The notes under the pieces were generated by a model, which did not search any database, was not told where the DNA came from, and worked only from the letters and a program-made list of their open reading frames with translations. From contig CACZOP010000164.1 in the NCBI GenBank assembly GCA_902782845.1, forward strand, positions 1-43,297: a stretch of DNA of 43,297 nt, given 5' to 3'. The position numbers and the translations under genes were made by a program. Below, in pieces: positions 17,082-25,883 of the stretch; the stretch's first letter is position 1, and the number at the start of each line of letters is the position of its first letter. The DNA comes from Oscillospiraceae bacterium (GTDB taxonomy: Bacteria; Bacillota; Clostridia; Oscillospirales; Acutalibacteraceae).

Positions 17082-17885
17082 TTATCTGCTTTGATTCATC
17101 CGATCCATATAGCTCTCCGTGAGGCTTGCCCAGGAATACGCGCTCATATATTCGCCCCGGTAGGCGTCCACCGCCCCGATCTCGCCCTTGAAAAACCGGT
17201 AGAGGTCGCAGTCGAGCTTCTCGGGCACCGCCCGCAGAGAACCTCTGCGGATCTCCACGATATCACCGATCCCGTAGCTTTCAAGCGTCGTCCGCAGCGA
17301 ACGGATCACCACGTCGAGCTGCTTTTGCATGGAGCGGTCGTAGAGCCCGTCCTCCCACAGCGCCGCAAACACGTTGGCCCGCGTAACGAAGCCGCCCTGC
17401 CGGTCGATGAGATAGGCAAGCAATTCCTTCGCCCGCGCGCGCTCAAACTCCACCGGCACGGCGTCAATCAGTACGTCAAACTCCCCGAATGTGCGCACCG
17501 TGACCCTTGCGGGAGCGCTTTTGTCCCGCCGCCCCTGCGCCGCGTAGGCGATCTCCGCCGCAAGCCGTTCTGCGTTCACGGGCTTCAGAAGATAGCCCGA
17601 AGCGTGCAGGCCGAAGGCGTCCACAGCGTATTCGGCATAGCCGGTCAGAAAAATGATCGCGATATCCGGACGCAGCTCCTTGATCTTCGCCGCAAGCGTG
17701 ATCCCGTCCATATCCGGCAGGTTGATATCCAGCAAAACGATATCCGCGCTGTTTTTTTTCAGCCTGTCCAGCACCTCTTCCGCGCTGCCGAAGCCCTCCA
17801 CGCAATATGCGGGAGAAAGCTCCCGGCACATGGAAACGCTGAGCCCCAGAACGAGCGGTTCGTCATCCACACAAAGGATCGTCAT
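17082..17885 (-). CDS. Response regulator: REC domain + SARP/OmpR-type winged-helix domain with short BTAD-like tail
   Basis: REC motifs: ILCVDDE, the phospho-acceptor in VLLDINLPDMDG, and LKP. The output region FGEFDV...AKELLAYLI...ALWEDG...IRSLRTTL...DCDLYRF...YRGEYM follows the SARP wHTH/BTAD pattern. Confidence 0.85.
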   Translation of the reverse strand: MTILCVDDEPLVLGLSVSMCRELSPAYCVEGFGSAEEVLDRLKKNSADIVLLDINLPDMDGITLAAKIKELRPDIAIIFLTGYAEYAVDAFGLHASGYLLKPVNAERLAAEIAYAAQGRRDKSAPARVTVRTFGEFDVLIDAVPVEFERARAKELLAYLIDRQGGFVTRANVFAALWEDGLYDRSMQKQLDVVIRSLRTTLESYGIGDIVEIRRGSLRAVPEKLDCDLYRFFKGEIGAVDAYRGEYMSAYSWASLTESYMDRMNQSR

Positions 17886-17915
17886 TCCCGGAAACGCCTC
17901 CTGATTCTCTGTAAT

Positions 17916-17948
17916 AATATAACTTCATGTCCAACAAATGTCCAACAA
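17916..17948 (-). promoter_or_regulatory. Tandem exact 11-bp direct repeat (TTGTTGGACAT x2) plus putative promoter (TTGGAC-18 nt-TATATT) in front of the response-regulator gene
   Basis: The plus strand reads atgtccaacaa twice, at 17927-17937 and 17938-17948. On the minus strand: TTGTTGGACAT TTGTTGGACAT GAAGT TATATT. Confidence 0.6.
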
Positions 17949-17970
17949 AAGAAGCCGGAGTTTTATAAAA

Positions 17971-19266
17971 TCACATGCGGGCGGGGATCCTAATCGTCAC
18001 GGTGGTGCCCCGGTCGATCTCACTGTCAACGGTCAGCGTGCCGCCGCACATGCCTTCCACCCGTTCGCGCACGTTTCTGAGCCCGATGTGCGTTCCGTCT
18101 GCCGTCTCGGCCGCCGAAACGTCAAAGCCCTTCCCGTTGTCCCGCACAACGATCTCGTAGCCCTGCGCCGTTTTCACGGTGGATACCGTGATCAGCCCGT
18201 CCCTGCGGATCCGGATCCCGTGGCGTATGGCGTTTTCCACCAACGGCTGCACGGTGAGCGCCGGGACGGAGAAATCCAGCTCCGGCGTATCGTATTCCAC
18301 GCGGATAGAAGGAAAACGGATCGCTTCGATCTCGGCGTAGATGCGGGTATGCTCCAGTTCCTTTGCCACCGGGATCAGATTCGGCAGGCTGAGGGAGTCG
18401 ATATTCTGCCGCAGATAAGCGCCGAATTTTTCGGTGGTGGAAAAGGCCTTTTCGGGATCGGTTTTGCACAGCGCCTGAATGGTGGAAAGCGTGTTGTATA
18501 AAAAATGCGGCTGGATCTGGCTCATCATGATCTGGATGCGCTGTTCCGCCATCATCGCCCGTTCATGCTCCCGCACGAACTGCAGATGCAGCCAGATATA
18601 ATAGAAAACGCAGCTGCTCACAACGGCCACGGTCAAAAACGAGACCGGATATTCGCTTTTTGCGGCAAACGTATCGAGCAGCACAGCGCCCACGATCAGC
18701 AGGGCATTCAGAACCGGGATCAGCTTGCCGCTGTTCCATTCCCCGGCGTTTTCTTTCACCGTGAGATACACGAGATACGCCAGCAACCCGGCGCTGACGA
18801 CGTGGCAGCAGAATCCCAGGGGTCCCCGGTAAAACACGTTGTTTTCGTCGATACTGAAGCACAGGTCGGAAAACAGCGCCGTCAGGTGGACCGCCGCGTT
18901 CAGCCCGATCGGGATCCAGGCGTACCGGTAAGACCGCCGCTTGCCAACGATATAGTAGAACAGCACGAGGATCACCGGGCGTACGCTGTAGCCGTAAATA
19001 CTGACCACCGTTCGGGCGTAGGGCATCCGCCCGTTGAGCTCCAGCGCATATCCCGCGTAGTTCTGCACGAGCAGGCTGAACACGAAAACAACGATCAGCA
19101 GCATGACCGTTTTATGCTTTTTCCGGATATACGGGTCGATGCGCACGGCAAGGGACAACCCGACAAGCTGGAGCAGCAGCGGCAGGAACATCATCATATG
19201 CGCCGACGTATTCAGAACCAACCCCAACACGTCCTTTATATTATTTCTATAATAAAATGTTAACAT
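17971..19266 (-). CDS. LytS/YehU-type sensor histidine kinase (PF06580 His_kinase + GHKL ATPase), polytopic N-terminus
   Basis: About 6 predicted TM helices. Signature QIQPHFLYNTLSTIQAL. ATPase boxes ENAIRHG, DNGKGF and GLRNVRERV. No clear SD at ATG 19266, so the start is uncertain. Confidence 0.88.
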   Translation of the reverse strand: MLTFYYRNNIKDVLGLVLNTSAHMMMFLPLLLQLVGLSLAVRIDPYIRKKHKTVMLLIVVFVFSLLVQNYAGYALELNGRMPYARTVVSIYGYSVRPVILVLFYYIVGKRRSYRYAWIPIGLNAAVHLTALFSDLCFSIDENNVFYRGPLGFCCHVVSAGLLAYLVYLTVKENAGEWNSGKLIPVLNALLIVGAVLLDTFAAKSEYPVSFLTVAVVSSCVFYYIWLHLQFVREHERAMMAEQRIQIMMSQIQPHFLYNTLSTIQALCKTDPEKAFSTTEKFGAYLRQNIDSLSLPNLIPVAKELEHTRIYAEIEAIRFPSIRVEYDTPELDFSVPALTVQPLVENAIRHGIRIRRDGLITVSTVKTAQGYEIVVRDNGKGFDVSAAETADGTHIGLRNVRERVEGMCGGTLTVDSEIDRGTTVTIRIPARM

Positions 19267-19334
19267 AAAGCCGGGCTTCTGTCAATGAAAAAGCGTTTAT
19301 CCTCCTCTTAAAAATCTAATATTTCTCTTAAATT

Positions 19335-19367
19335 TTGTTGGACATTTGCCGTACGTCATGCTATACT
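19335..19367 (+). promoter_or_regulatory. Third copy of TTGTTGGACAT plus degenerate second unit, with promoter TTGGAC-18 nt-TATACT, in front of the HAD-GH38-GH3 operon
   Basis: Reads TTGTTGGACAT (19335-19345), TTGCCGTACGT (7/11 match), CATGC, TATACT (19362-19367). The geometry is the same as at 17916-17948. Confidence 0.6.
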
Positions 19368-19399
19368 AAGGGCTGAATAATGAAAAAGGAGACTTCACA

Positions 19400-20476
19400 A
19401 TGAAAAAACAATTCACTCTTATCATCGCAGTTCTTATGATCCTTCTGCTTCTTCCCACGGGATGCGCCCCCAAAGACAGCGTCGGCAAAAACGACACCGG
19501 AAAATCCCCCGACGAAGCCCTTTCGCTCTGGACAGAGAACGCGCAGGCGAAAAAAGCCCTGGTTGAATACGTGGAAGCGATCACCGACGAAAACGGCGCG
19601 GATTTCATCCCCGAGGAGGACCGCATCGCCGTATTTGATCTGGACGGTACGCTTTTCTGCGAGACCGACCCCAACTATTTCGACTATACCCTGCTCGTCC
19701 ACCGCGTGCTCGAGGACCCAAATTATAAAAATAAAGCCTCCGATTTTGAAAAAGAAGTCGCGAACAAGATCGTTGAACAAAACGAGACCGGCGCGAAATT
19801 CGAAGGGCTCGAGGTACAGCACGGGCAAGCCGTCGCTTCCGCCTTTAAAGGCATGACCATCCCGGAATTCGACAGCTATATTCAGGAATTCAAAAAACTG
19901 CCCATGCCGAGCTACACCGGCATGAACCGCGGCGACGGCTGGTATCTGCCCATGCTGCAGGTGGTGGATTATCTGCAGGCCAATGGCGTCACGGTTTATG
20001 TGGTCAGCGGCACCGACCGGTTTATCGTCCGCGGCATCGTGCACGACTCTCCGCTGAACGTCCCGCCGCGGCAGATCATCGGATCCGACGAAACGGTGGT
20101 CACAAAAGACCAGGGAGACGAGGACGGCCTTGATTACGTTTACGACGACAACGACGAACTGGTGCTCGGCGGCGAATTCATCATCAAGAACCTGAAGATG
20201 AACAAGGTTTCCGTCATCATGCAGGAGATCGGCCAGCAGCCGGTCCTCTCCTTCGGCAATTCCACCGGCGACTCCAGTATGGCGGAATACGTCACCACCG
20301 ACAACCCCTACCGCAGCCTTGCCTTCATGCTCTGCTGCGACGATACGGCGCGCGAAAACGGCAACGCCGAAAAGGCGCAGAAGATGGCGGATCTCTGCAA
20401 AGAATTCAACTGGATCCCCGTTTCGATGAAAAACGACTGGACCACTATCTACGGCGACGGCGTAACGAAGAAATAA
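19400..20476 (+). CDS. HAD-superfamily hydrolase (phosphatase-like) lipoprotein
   Basis: Lipobox LLLPTGC. HAD motif I VFDLDGTLF, motif II VVSGT, and a motif IV-like FGNSTGDSSM. RBS AAAGGAG. Confidence 0.85.
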   Translation: MKKQFTLIIAVLMILLLLPTGCAPKDSVGKNDTGKSPDEALSLWTENAQAKKALVEYVEAITDENGADFIPEEDRIAVFDLDGTLFCETDPNYFDYTLLVHRVLEDPNYKNKASDFEKEVANKIVEQNETGAKFEGLEVQHGQAVASAFKGMTIPEFDSYIQEFKKLPMPSYTGMNRGDGWYLPMLQVVDYLQANGVTVYVVSGTDRFIVRGIVHDSPLNVPPRQIIGSDETVVTKDQGDEDGLDYVYDDNDELVLGGEFIIKNLKMNKVSVIMQEIGQQPVLSFGNSTGDSSMAEYVTTDNPYRSLAFMLCCDDTARENGNAEKAQKMADLCKEFNWIPVSMKNDWTTIYGDGVTKK

Positions 20477-20502
20477 TTTCCATACATCCGAGGAGGCTTC
20501 CA

Positions 20503-23500
20503 ATGTATAATGAACGAATGAAAGAACGGGTCTTCAACAAGCTGAACAGCGCGCTGAACATCTATGAAAAACTGATCTACACCAAGGTCGGCGAGCTGAA
20601 GAACACCGAGGCGTATTACACCCGCGAGCACCTGCGGGAGATCCCCGCCGGGGACTTTACGCCCATTGAACCCGGCGCAGGCTGGGGCGGCGAATGGGAG
20701 AACATGTGGCTCAGGGGCGAGTTCACCGTCCCCGCGGAGCTGGACGGCAAAGCGCTGTACGCGGTATCGGACTGCGGCGGCGCGGAGCAGCTTTTCTTTC
20801 TGAACGGCGTTCCCAAGGGTATCATCAACAGCAAAAACCGGGATTTTGTGGGCGGAAGCCACGCCTGCCAATACCTCGGCGCCGCGAAAGCAGGAGAAAC
20901 GCTGCGGCTTGCCTTTGAATGCTACGCCGGGCACTACGACCCAAACACCGACCCTTTCGACGACTATTTCCGCCCCGATCCCACGCAGAGCTTCGATCAC
21001 ACCTTCAATGGCGTTGAGATCTGCACCCGCAACGACGATATTTTCACGCTGGTTTTCGACGTCCGCGAGCTGCTGAACGCAGCAAGACGCCTGCCCGGCG
21101 ACACCTTCGTCCCCGCGAAAGCAACAAAAGCGCTTCTGAAGATCAACGACGTGCTGCCGCTTTACCCAAAAGACACGTCAAACGAAGAGTTGTCAAACGG
21201 CGTAAAAGCCGCGCTCGAAATCTCCCGTCCCTTCTTCTCCGGCGGCAATTCCCGGGTCTTCGGCAGGGTGGGCATTATCGGACATTCCCACATGGACACC
21301 GCCTGGCTCTGGCCGGTGAGTGAAACGGTCCGCAAGTGCGCGAGGACCTACGCCAACGCCCTGTACCTGATGGAGCAGTATCCCACCTATAATTTTATCC
21401 AGTCCTCCGCGCTGCACGGCGAATGGATGAAGGATTACTACCCCGCGATCTTCGCCGAAATGAAGAAGCGTGTGGCGGAGGGGCGCTATGAGCCCAACGG
21501 CGGCGTTTACGTGGAATGCGACTGCAACATCACCTCCGGCGAGCTGATGGCACGGCAGTTCTTAAAAGGCCAGCAGTTCACCCGCGAGAATTTCGATTAC
21601 ACAGCCGACAGCTTCTGGCTGCCCGACACTTTCGGCTACAACGCCAATATCCCGCAGATCATGCTGCAAAGCGAAGTCAGATATTTTTATACCACCAAGA
21701 TCGGCTGGAACGAGCTGAACCGCTTCCCCTATGAGAGCTTCGTGTGGAAAGGGCTCGACGGCAGCGAGGTGCTCACCCACTTCAACCGCACCCATTGCTG
21801 GCCGGACGTCGGCGACTGCTCCGCCGCAGTGCGGGATCTGCAGTTAAAGGACGCTTCCGACCTGCGTTTCGTTGCCTACGGCTTCGGCGACGGCGGCGGC
21901 GGACCGACCCCCGGCATGATCGAGACCTCCCTGCGAGCCTCAAATATGGAAGGTCTGCCCGAGATCGTGCCCATGACGGCCGGCGAATTCATGCATGAGC
22001 TGGAAGAACAAAGGGACGATCTGCCCGTGTATCACGACGAGCTGTATCTGGAGCTCCACCGGGGCACCCTCACCCAGATGCATGAGGTAAAGCGCAAAAA
22101 CCGCAAGGCGGAATACGCCCTGCGCGACTTTGAGTATTTCAACGTCCTGAGCGGCGAAAAGCGGCACGAAAAGAGCGACGAATGGCTCAAAACGCTGCTG
22201 AAAAACCAGTTCCACGACATTCTGCCCGGCACCAGCATCAAACCGGTGTACGACGTTTACCACAAGGAGCTGGACGCGCTCCTCGAAAACTACAAAAACG
22301 CCGCGGCGTCCTATGCGGACACGCTCACCGACGGCAACGACGGCGTCACAGTTTTCAACACGCTTTCTTTCAGCCGGAACGATCCCGCCGTTATGGAAAC
22401 GGAAGGCTACGCGAAAGACTATCCCTCCCAGCGCTACGCCGACGTCTGCGGCAGAGAGCTGCTGGCGGTGGGCGGCGTGGACGTTCCCGGTTTCGGCAGC
22501 GCCGCGGTCGCCCTTGCCGACGCCCCCATGGAAGCGGACAGCCCCTTTATCTACAACGGCAAAACGCTTACCACACCCTTCGCTAAGATCACCTTTGACG
22601 AAAACGGCTATATTGCTTCTTTTGTGGATCTTGCCTCCGGCAGGGAGCTGCGCAAGGCGGGCGGCGCGCCGCTGGGCGTTTTCCTCTTCGGCGAGGACGT
22701 GCCGCTGTTCTACGACAACTGGGACGTGGACCGTGACGTGGTGAACAATCTGCAGCCCGTTTCCGGCTTTGTAAAAAGAGAAGTCGTAACCGACGGCGCG
22801 GTGGAGATCCGCCTTCGCAGCGTCTTCACCATTGAAAACGGCACCGCGCTCACGCAGGATATGGTTTGCTACGCGTCAAGCCCCCGCGTCGACTTCCACA
22901 CCCTTATTCATTGGAACAGCCCCCACAGGCTGTTAAAGGCAGGCTTCGATCTGGACGTTTCCGCCGACCGGGCCAGGAGCGAGATCCAGTTCGGGTCCAT
23001 ATCGCGGCCCACCACCGCGAACAACTCGCTGGAGCTGGCTAAATTCGAAGTCTGCAACCGCAACTTCACCGACGTGAGCGAACCGGGCTTCGGCGTCGCC
23101 GTTCTCAACGACTGCAAATACGGGATCACGGTCACCGACTGCAACCTGCGGCTTTCGCTGCACCGGGGCGGCACGCACCCGGATCACACCGGCGACCGCG
23201 GCGACCATGAACTTACCTATTCCCTGCTGCCCCACGCCGGTGCGTTCACCGCGGAATCCGTGGTACATCCGGCCTATGAGCTGAACGTCCCCATGGTCAT
23301 TGCGAAGGGGTCAGCCGAAATCAAACCGATCGTGCAGATCGACGCGCCCAATATCATCTGCGAAGCGCTCAAACCCGCCGAGGACGGCAGCGACGCTTTC
23401 GTGCTGCGGCTGTATGAATGTGAAGGAACAAAAACCGCCGCGACCCTTGCCTTCGGCACCGAGATCTCCTGCGCCGTATGCACGAACATTCTCGAGGACG

Positions 23501-23586
23501 AACGCGAAACGCTTCCGGTAACGAACAACGGCGTCGGGCTTTCCTTCCGTCCGTTTGAGATCAAAACGGTCAAGTGCCGCAGATAA
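20503..23586 (+). CDS. GH38 alpha-mannosidase (cytoplasmic type)
   Basis: GHSHMDTAWLWP signature, central FWLPDTFGY, GFGDGGGGPT. Length 1027 aa, no signal peptide. Confidence 0.92.
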   Translation: MYNERMKERVFNKLNSALNIYEKLIYTKVGELKNTEAYYTREHLREIPAGDFTPIEPGAGWGGEWENMWLRGEFTVPAELDGKALYAVSDCGGAEQLFFLNGVPKGIINSKNRDFVGGSHACQYLGAAKAGETLRLAFECYAGHYDPNTDPFDDYFRPDPTQSFDHTFNGVEICTRNDDIFTLVFDVRELLNAARRLPGDTFVPAKATKALLKINDVLPLYPKDTSNEELSNGVKAALEISRPFFSGGNSRVFGRVGIIGHSHMDTAWLWPVSETVRKCARTYANALYLMEQYPTYNFIQSSALHGEWMKDYYPAIFAEMKKRVAEGRYEPNGGVYVECDCNITSGELMARQFLKGQQFTRENFDYTADSFWLPDTFGYNANIPQIMLQSEVRYFYTTKIGWNELNRFPYESFVWKGLDGSEVLTHFNRTHCWPDVGDCSAAVRDLQLKDASDLRFVAYGFGDGGGGPTPGMIETSLRASNMEGLPEIVPMTAGEFMHELEEQRDDLPVYHDELYLELHRGTLTQMHEVKRKNRKAEYALRDFEYFNVLSGEKRHEKSDEWLKTLLKNQFHDILPGTSIKPVYDVYHKELDALLENYKNAAASYADTLTDGNDGVTVFNTLSFSRNDPAVMETEGYAKDYPSQRYADVCGRELLAVGGVDVPGFGSAAVALADAPMEADSPFIYNGKTLTTPFAKITFDENGYIASFVDLASGRELRKAGGAPLGVFLFGEDVPLFYDNWDVDRDVVNNLQPVSGFVKREVVTDGAVEIRLRSVFTIENGTALTQDMVCYASSPRVDFHTLIHWNSPHRLLKAGFDLDVSADRARSEIQFGSISRPTTANNSLELAKFEVCNRNFTDVSEPGFGVAVLNDCKYGITVTDCNLRLSLHRGGTHPDHTGDRGDHELTYSLLPHAGAFTAESVVHPAYELNVPMVIAKGSAEIKPIVQIDAPNIICEALKPAEDGSDAFVLRLYECEGTKTAATLAFGTEISCAVCTNILEDERETLPVTNNGVGLSFRPFEIKTVKCRR

Positions 23587-23612
23587 AAAAACCAAAGGAA
23601 GGGGACGCAAAC

Positions 23613-25802
23613 ATGCAAGACCCGTATGAACTGCAGGCAAAGGCGCTGCTGGAACAATTATCCCTCGACGAAAAAATCTATCAGGTCACCGCGGATATGA
23701 TCTTCGACGTGGACGAGGGCTACGCCCAACTCCGGAACCCCCTTTTCGGCTCCTACAGGAACCCGGGGCATTTCATGCACTATAAAAGAACGGCTCCCGC
23801 TTCTCCGTCGGAGGTCGCGGAACAGATCAACGACGATATGCGCCGCAGCATTGAAGCCCAGCCCCATCACATTCCGCCCATCGAAAACGGCGAGGCGCTG
23901 CACGGCGCCCAGTGGGGCATGGGCACCAATTTCCCGCAGCCCATCGGCCTTGCGTCCGCCTTTGACCCCGCCCTTGTGGAACGGGTGGCAGACGTGATCG
24001 GGCAGGAGTGCGCCGCGGTGGGCGTGCGGCAGGTGTTCTCCCCCGTTGTGAATCTTGCGCGGGACTGCCGCTGGGGCAGGACCGTGGAAACCTACGGCGA
24101 GGACGTGAAGCTCTGCTCCGATATGGGGGCCGCCATGTGCCGGGGCCTGCAGAAAAACGGCGTGATCGCCACCCCCAAGCACTTCGCGGACAACTACGGC
24201 GCGGGCGGACGGGATTCCAACTATTCCGATACCAGCGAGCGCACCATCCGGGAGGTCTTCCTGCCCCCCTTCAAGGCCTGCTTCGATGCGGGCGCGAAAT
24301 CCGTGATGGCAGCCTATAACGCCTGGGAGGGCGTTCCCTGCACCTCAAACCGCAAACTGCTCACCGGGATCCTGCGGGACGAATGGGGCTTCGACGGCTT
24401 TACGGTGTCGGACTATTCGGGCGCGGAAGGCATTTATACCGCCCACGGCTGTGCGGAAAACGAAGCCGAAGCCGCCGCCATGGCGCTGAAAGCCGGGCTG
24501 GACGTGATCCTGCCCCGGGATAAATTCGACGTTGTGAAAGCGGCCGTTGAAAAAGGATATCTCACCGAAGAGGCACTGGATAAAAACGTGCTGCGGATCC
24601 TCACAGCGAAATTCCGGCTCGGGTTATTCGACGAGCCTTATAAAGATCCCGGGAAAGCGGACGCACTGGTCCGCTGCGATCGGCACAGGGCGCTGGCGCT
24701 GGAGGCCGCGAGAGAAGCCGTCGTGCTCTTAAAAAACGAAGGCGTTCTGCCGCTGGACCGTAATACAACCAGACGCATCGGCGTGTTCGGGCAGAGCGCG
24801 GATCTGATCCCCATCGGCTCCAACTATTCGGGACCCTACGGCACGCCCTGGCAGGGCGACGACGCGCCAACGCCGCTGGAAGCGCTGCGGGATTATCTCG
24901 GGGAGGCGGCAGAAGTCGTTTACGGCGAACCGGACGAAATCGAAGCCCTCGCCCCGACCTGCGACGTGAATCTTTATTTTACCGCCATCATTGAAGGTGA
25001 AGGCAGCGACCGCAGCGACCTGCGCCTGCCCTCGGTGACCGTGCACAAAAACCGCGAAGAAGACGGCGGGCTGATCGTGGACGAAGCGACACAGGAGATC
25101 ACCGAAGATCAGGAACAGTCCATCCTGCGGCTGTGCGCCGCCAACCACGACGTCGTGGTGATCCTGCAAAACGGCGCGCCCATCGACATGACGGCGTGGA
25201 TCGAAAAGGTCCCCGCCGTGATTGAAGCGTGGTACCCCGGCGAGCAGGGGGCGAAGGCGCTCTCTGAGATTTTGTTCGGACAGACGAATCCCTCCGGCAA
25301 GCTTCCCATCACCATCCCCAAAAGCGTGGGCCAGCTCCCGCTATATTACGCCTATAAGCCCTCCGGCAGGGGCTACGCCTACTGCGACAACGACGGTAAG
25401 CCTCTCTACCCCTTCGGCTACGGGCTGAGCTTTACGTCCTTTGAGATCACGCGCCCGGCGCTGGAAGCGGAAGAAGACGCGGTCACGGTCTCCTGCGATG
25501 TGACCAACACCGGAGAGATGGACGGCGCCGAGGTCGTGCAGCTTTATCTGCACTCTTATAACTGCGAGGTCGTCCGCCCGCTGAAGGAGCTCAAAGCCTA
25601 TTCCCGCGTCAGCCTCAGATCCGGCGAAACAAAGCGCGTATCCCTCACGCTTACAAAAGAAGCCTTCCGCTACTATAACGCCGCCATGGAATACGGCCTG
25701 TACAGGGGCTGCCACAGGCTGCTCGTCGGCACGTCCTCCGAGGAAATCGCGGCCACGTTTGATGTCGCCGTAAAGAACGGCGCGATCACGGTCGTGGGAT
25801 AA
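23613..25802 (+). CDS. GH3 beta-glucosidase / beta-hexosidase-like (BglX-type)
   Basis: Start at MQDPYELQ (ATG 23613, RBS AAGGAAGGGGA). Motifs LSLDEKIYQV, KHFADNYG and the nucleophile region GFTVSDYSG. C-terminal fibronectin-like domain. Confidence 0.9.
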   Translation: MQDPYELQAKALLEQLSLDEKIYQVTADMIFDVDEGYAQLRNPLFGSYRNPGHFMHYKRTAPASPSEVAEQINDDMRRSIEAQPHHIPPIENGEALHGAQWGMGTNFPQPIGLASAFDPALVERVADVIGQECAAVGVRQVFSPVVNLARDCRWGRTVETYGEDVKLCSDMGAAMCRGLQKNGVIATPKHFADNYGAGGRDSNYSDTSERTIREVFLPPFKACFDAGAKSVMAAYNAWEGVPCTSNRKLLTGILRDEWGFDGFTVSDYSGAEGIYTAHGCAENEAEAAAMALKAGLDVILPRDKFDVVKAAVEKGYLTEEALDKNVLRILTAKFRLGLFDEPYKDPGKADALVRCDRHRALALEAAREAVVLLKNEGVLPLDRNTTRRIGVFGQSADLIPIGSNYSGPYGTPWQGDDAPTPLEALRDYLGEAAEVVYGEPDEIEALAPTCDVNLYFTAIIEGEGSDRSDLRLPSVTVHKNREEDGGLIVDEATQEITEDQEQSILRLCAANHDVVVILQNGAPIDMTAWIEKVPAVIEAWYPGEQGAKALSEILFGQTNPSGKLPITIPKSVGQLPLYYAYKPSGRGYAYCDNDGKPLYPFGYGLSFTSFEITRPALEAEEDAVTVSCDVTNTGEMDGAEVVQLYLHSYNCEVVRPLKELKAYSRVSLRSGETKRVSLTLTKEAFRYYNAAMEYGLYRGCHRLLVGTSSEEIAATFDVAVKNGAITVVG

Positions 25803-25820
25803 AAGGCGGCATTTCTCCGC

Positions 25821-25849
25821 TTGACTTTTTCAGGCGGATAGTATAAAAT
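25821..25849 (+). promoter_or_regulatory. Putative sigma-A promoter (TTGACT-17 nt-TAAAAT) for the 203-aa/STAS pair
   Basis: TTGACT at 25821-25826 and TAAAAT at 25844-25849. RBS AAGGGAG precedes ATG 25884. Confidence 0.55.
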
Positions 25850-25883
25850 GATTTTACAGTAAACTGCAAAAGGGAGAATTCAT

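Noticed and set aside
19267-19334. Strong SD-like AGAGGAGGA on the minus strand upstream of the kinase gene, hinting at a small upstream ORF.
   Set aside because: No ATG, GTG or TTG lies at a workable distance; the nearest TTG is 15 nt away and would give a 13-aa peptide. An in-frame TGA blocks extension of the kinase ORF. The evidence is insufficient to call a gene.
2529-23586. Both the glycosidase-like protein (2529-5612) and the GH38 mannosidase (20503-23586) are exactly 1027 aa.
   Set aside because: The sequences are unrelated by eye. The equal length is coincidence, not duplication.
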